From Trueperaceae bacterium (lineage in GTDB: Bacteria; Deinococcota; Deinococci; Deinococcales; Trueperaceae), in contig OZ243927.1 in assembly GCA_965213925.1 (NCBI GenBank), forward strand, positions 1,792,001-1,856,000: 64,000 nt of DNA, read 5' to 3'. A program made the translations under genes and the position numbers. Of the stretch, positions 62,272-64,000 are shown piece by piece. The number at the start of each line of letters is the position of its first letter. The first letter of the stretch is position 1. Under the pieces are notes generated by a model. The model had not been told where the DNA came from and did no database searches. It saw nothing but the letters and a program-made list of their open reading frames with translations.

Positions 62272-62281
62272 ACATATTGAA

Positions 62282-63040
62282 ATGATGAAAGAAATTCAAA
62301 GCCTCGAGCAAGCCGCGGCTAACGCCCTGCCGCCCGCCCGTTTTCAGCTCGACGAGGGCTGGCGGCTTCGCGCCGACGGCGGCGGATCGCGCAGGGCGAA
62401 CTCGGTGCTGGCGGAATATAATCTGGCGGATACGCCGCTGAATGACAAGATAGACCGCGCTGAGGCATTTTATGCACGTTTGGGGAAGGCTGCGCGGTTC
62501 CAGCTCTGCCCTGCGTCGCAACCGTCCAATTTAGACTACGTCCTAGCGGCAAGAGGGTATCGCACCAGCAGCGGCGCACTCGTCCAACGTGCGCCGCTCA
62601 CGAAGGTCTTGGGACGCGTAGTGAAGCAAGCTGTGCCGGACGCGGTCATCGACTTGTGCCTCACCGCTGATTGGCTCAACCTCTTTGGATGGGGTGCTGG
62701 AGTAGAGGGTTATGGGCTCGAGGCCAAGCGTGCCCTCTTCCAGCGCATCCCTTCGCACGCCGCCTTCGTCACCGTGAGGTTGGCGGGCATCCCGGCAGCG
62801 GTCGGTCTAGGTGTTTTAGAACGGGGTCAACTCGGGCTATTCAACATGGCGACGTTGCCGAGTTTGCGCCGGAGGGGTGCGTCTCGAGCCGTTATCCACG
62901 CGCTGGCGGTTTGGGGGGCGCAGATGGACGCGAAGGTGATGTTTTTGCAAGTCGCCGAGGAAAACCGAGCAGCGAGGGCGCTCTATACGCAGTTGGGCTT
63001 TCGAACACTTTATACCTATCACTACCGAGAAGCGAAGTAG
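62282..63040 (+). CDS. GNAT family acetyltransferase
   Basis: SRRANSV, RRRGAS, LQVAEENRAARALYTQLGF. Confidence 0.9.
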   Translation: MMKEIQSLEQAAANALPPARFQLDEGWRLRADGGGSRRANSVLAEYNLADTPLNDKIDRAEAFYARLGKAARFQLCPASQPSNLDYVLAARGYRTSSGALVQRAPLTKVLGRVVKQAVPDAVIDLCLTADWLNLFGWGAGVEGYGLEAKRALFQRIPSHAAFVTVRLAGIPAAVGLGVLERGQLGLFNMATLPSLRRRGASRAVIHALAVWGAQMDAKVMFLQVAEENRAARALYTQLGFRTLYTYHYREAK

Positions 63041-63147
63041 CGAACGCGAACCACGCTGCGTGGGCTCTGGGCGGGTTCCGCTCGGTCCCTCTTCGCTCGC
63101 GGCGAAAACCCCGTTAATCTCCGCCCCTGCTCGCCGCGCTTCACCAC

Positions 63148-64000
63148 TTAAACTTCCTCGTCGAAAAACAGCGCCGCCTTGATTTCTCCCTCTTCCTCCA
63201 AGTTGCCTCCCAAAGCCGCCGCCAAGATACCGATCGACGCCATGAACACCACATAGTTGATGCGCGGCAGCTCAGCGGGTTCGAAGCCTGACCAGCCCGC
63301 GACGACGCCGAGAGGGAGCGCGTAAGAAACGACTAAAAGTAGAGAGAAGAGCACGAACCAGAGCGAAATCATCCCGACGAAGAGCGTGCCGAATAAGACG
63401 ATGCGGCTCCTTGCTAACTGCTCGCTCCAGCCGCGTCCGGGACCGTGACCGAGCTGTTCTAGGTTTTGCCCGTAGAAGATGAATAAGCTCGAGGCCGTAA
63501 TCGCCGCCCCCGAGCCGGTGAGGAGCCAAGCGAGTTGCGAATTCGTCCCCGCCTCCCACGACTCGGCTGTGAGGAGTAAGAAGAGGAGCGAGACGATGAC
63601 GGTCGCCGTCAAACGTCCTAAGTAGAGGGGCATCTTCCAGGGCGCGTAACCCCAGATGCTCCTTAGAATCGAACTCGGGTCGCTGAAAAAGGCGCGAAAG
63701 TAAAAGGTGACGACGTTCCAGCGTGCACTCGTCTCCTCGAGCCGCGCGTCTGCCACGTCTTGCAGCGCGTCTTGCGCGATCTCATACTGCGCTTTGGGAA
63801 AAGATTCTAGGGTCAGCCGCTCCACCTTACCGGGCGGACGCATCGGTCCCTCGTCGGCGTATTCTAAGGTGAATAGATGACCCAAGAGGTGCAGCGCGAG
63901 CGCGGCTAAACGTTCGGGTAGCGCGTCGTGGGGACCGAGCCTAGCACTCGAGACCACCGCCACCTCCAACGCCGACGAGGGAACGCCCAGCGTCGAAATG
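63148..64000 (-). CDS. Hypothetical membrane protein with a degenerate zincin-like motif (5' part outside the window)
   Basis: AVVSSARL...LHLLGHLFTL; four C-terminal TM segments. Confidence 0.65.
   Translation of the reverse strand, partial: ISTLGVPSSALEVAVVSSARLGPHDALPERLAALALHLLGHLFTLEYADEGPMRPPGKVERLTLESFPKAQYEIAQDALQDVADARLEETSARWNVVTFYFRAFFSDPSSILRSIWGYAPWKMPLYLGRLTATVIVSLLFLLLTAESWEAGTNSQLAWLLTGSGAAITASSLFIFYGQNLEQLGHGPGRGWSEQLARSRIVLFGTLFVGMISLWFVLFSLLLVVSYALPLGVVAGWSGFEPAELPRINYVVFMASIGILAAALGGNLEEEGEIKAALFFDEEV

Overview
This is a roughly 58-60% GC bacterial chromosome segment, most likely Deinococcota (Trueperaceae-like). That placement is an inference from DdrA- and DdrH-like genes, a 23S-5S-tRNA-Gly unit with no linked 16S, a two-gene NAD synthetase and widespread leaderless promoters. 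Contents in order: (1) a heme operon, hemA-C-D-B-[sensor kinase, response regulator]-PLP decarboxylase-hemE-[vapBC]-hemF; (2) rph and rdgB; (3) a convergent S8 lipoprotein protease / TPR-GGDEF pair; (4) a DNA-damage block with a LexA-like repressor, a ddrA-like operon, two tandem spore-photoproduct-lyase-like radical SAM genes and a photolyase; (5) housekeeping genes (nadE, rpe, mutM, ppk1, mgsA, ggt, slyD-like); (6) an rRNA unit. Best candidate for an undescribed system: a LexA-like UV/desiccation regulon with its own operator (TACCTTA-N5-TAAGGTA), found upstream of lexA, the ddrA operon, the photolyase and, as a half site, the SPL pair. Three of the four ddrA-operon products end in Ala-Ala. 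Second candidate: a possible peptide-sensing c-di-GMP module (subtilase with VW(S/G)GG repeats plus a TPR diguanylate cyclase). All family calls come from motif recognition by eye; no database searches were run.
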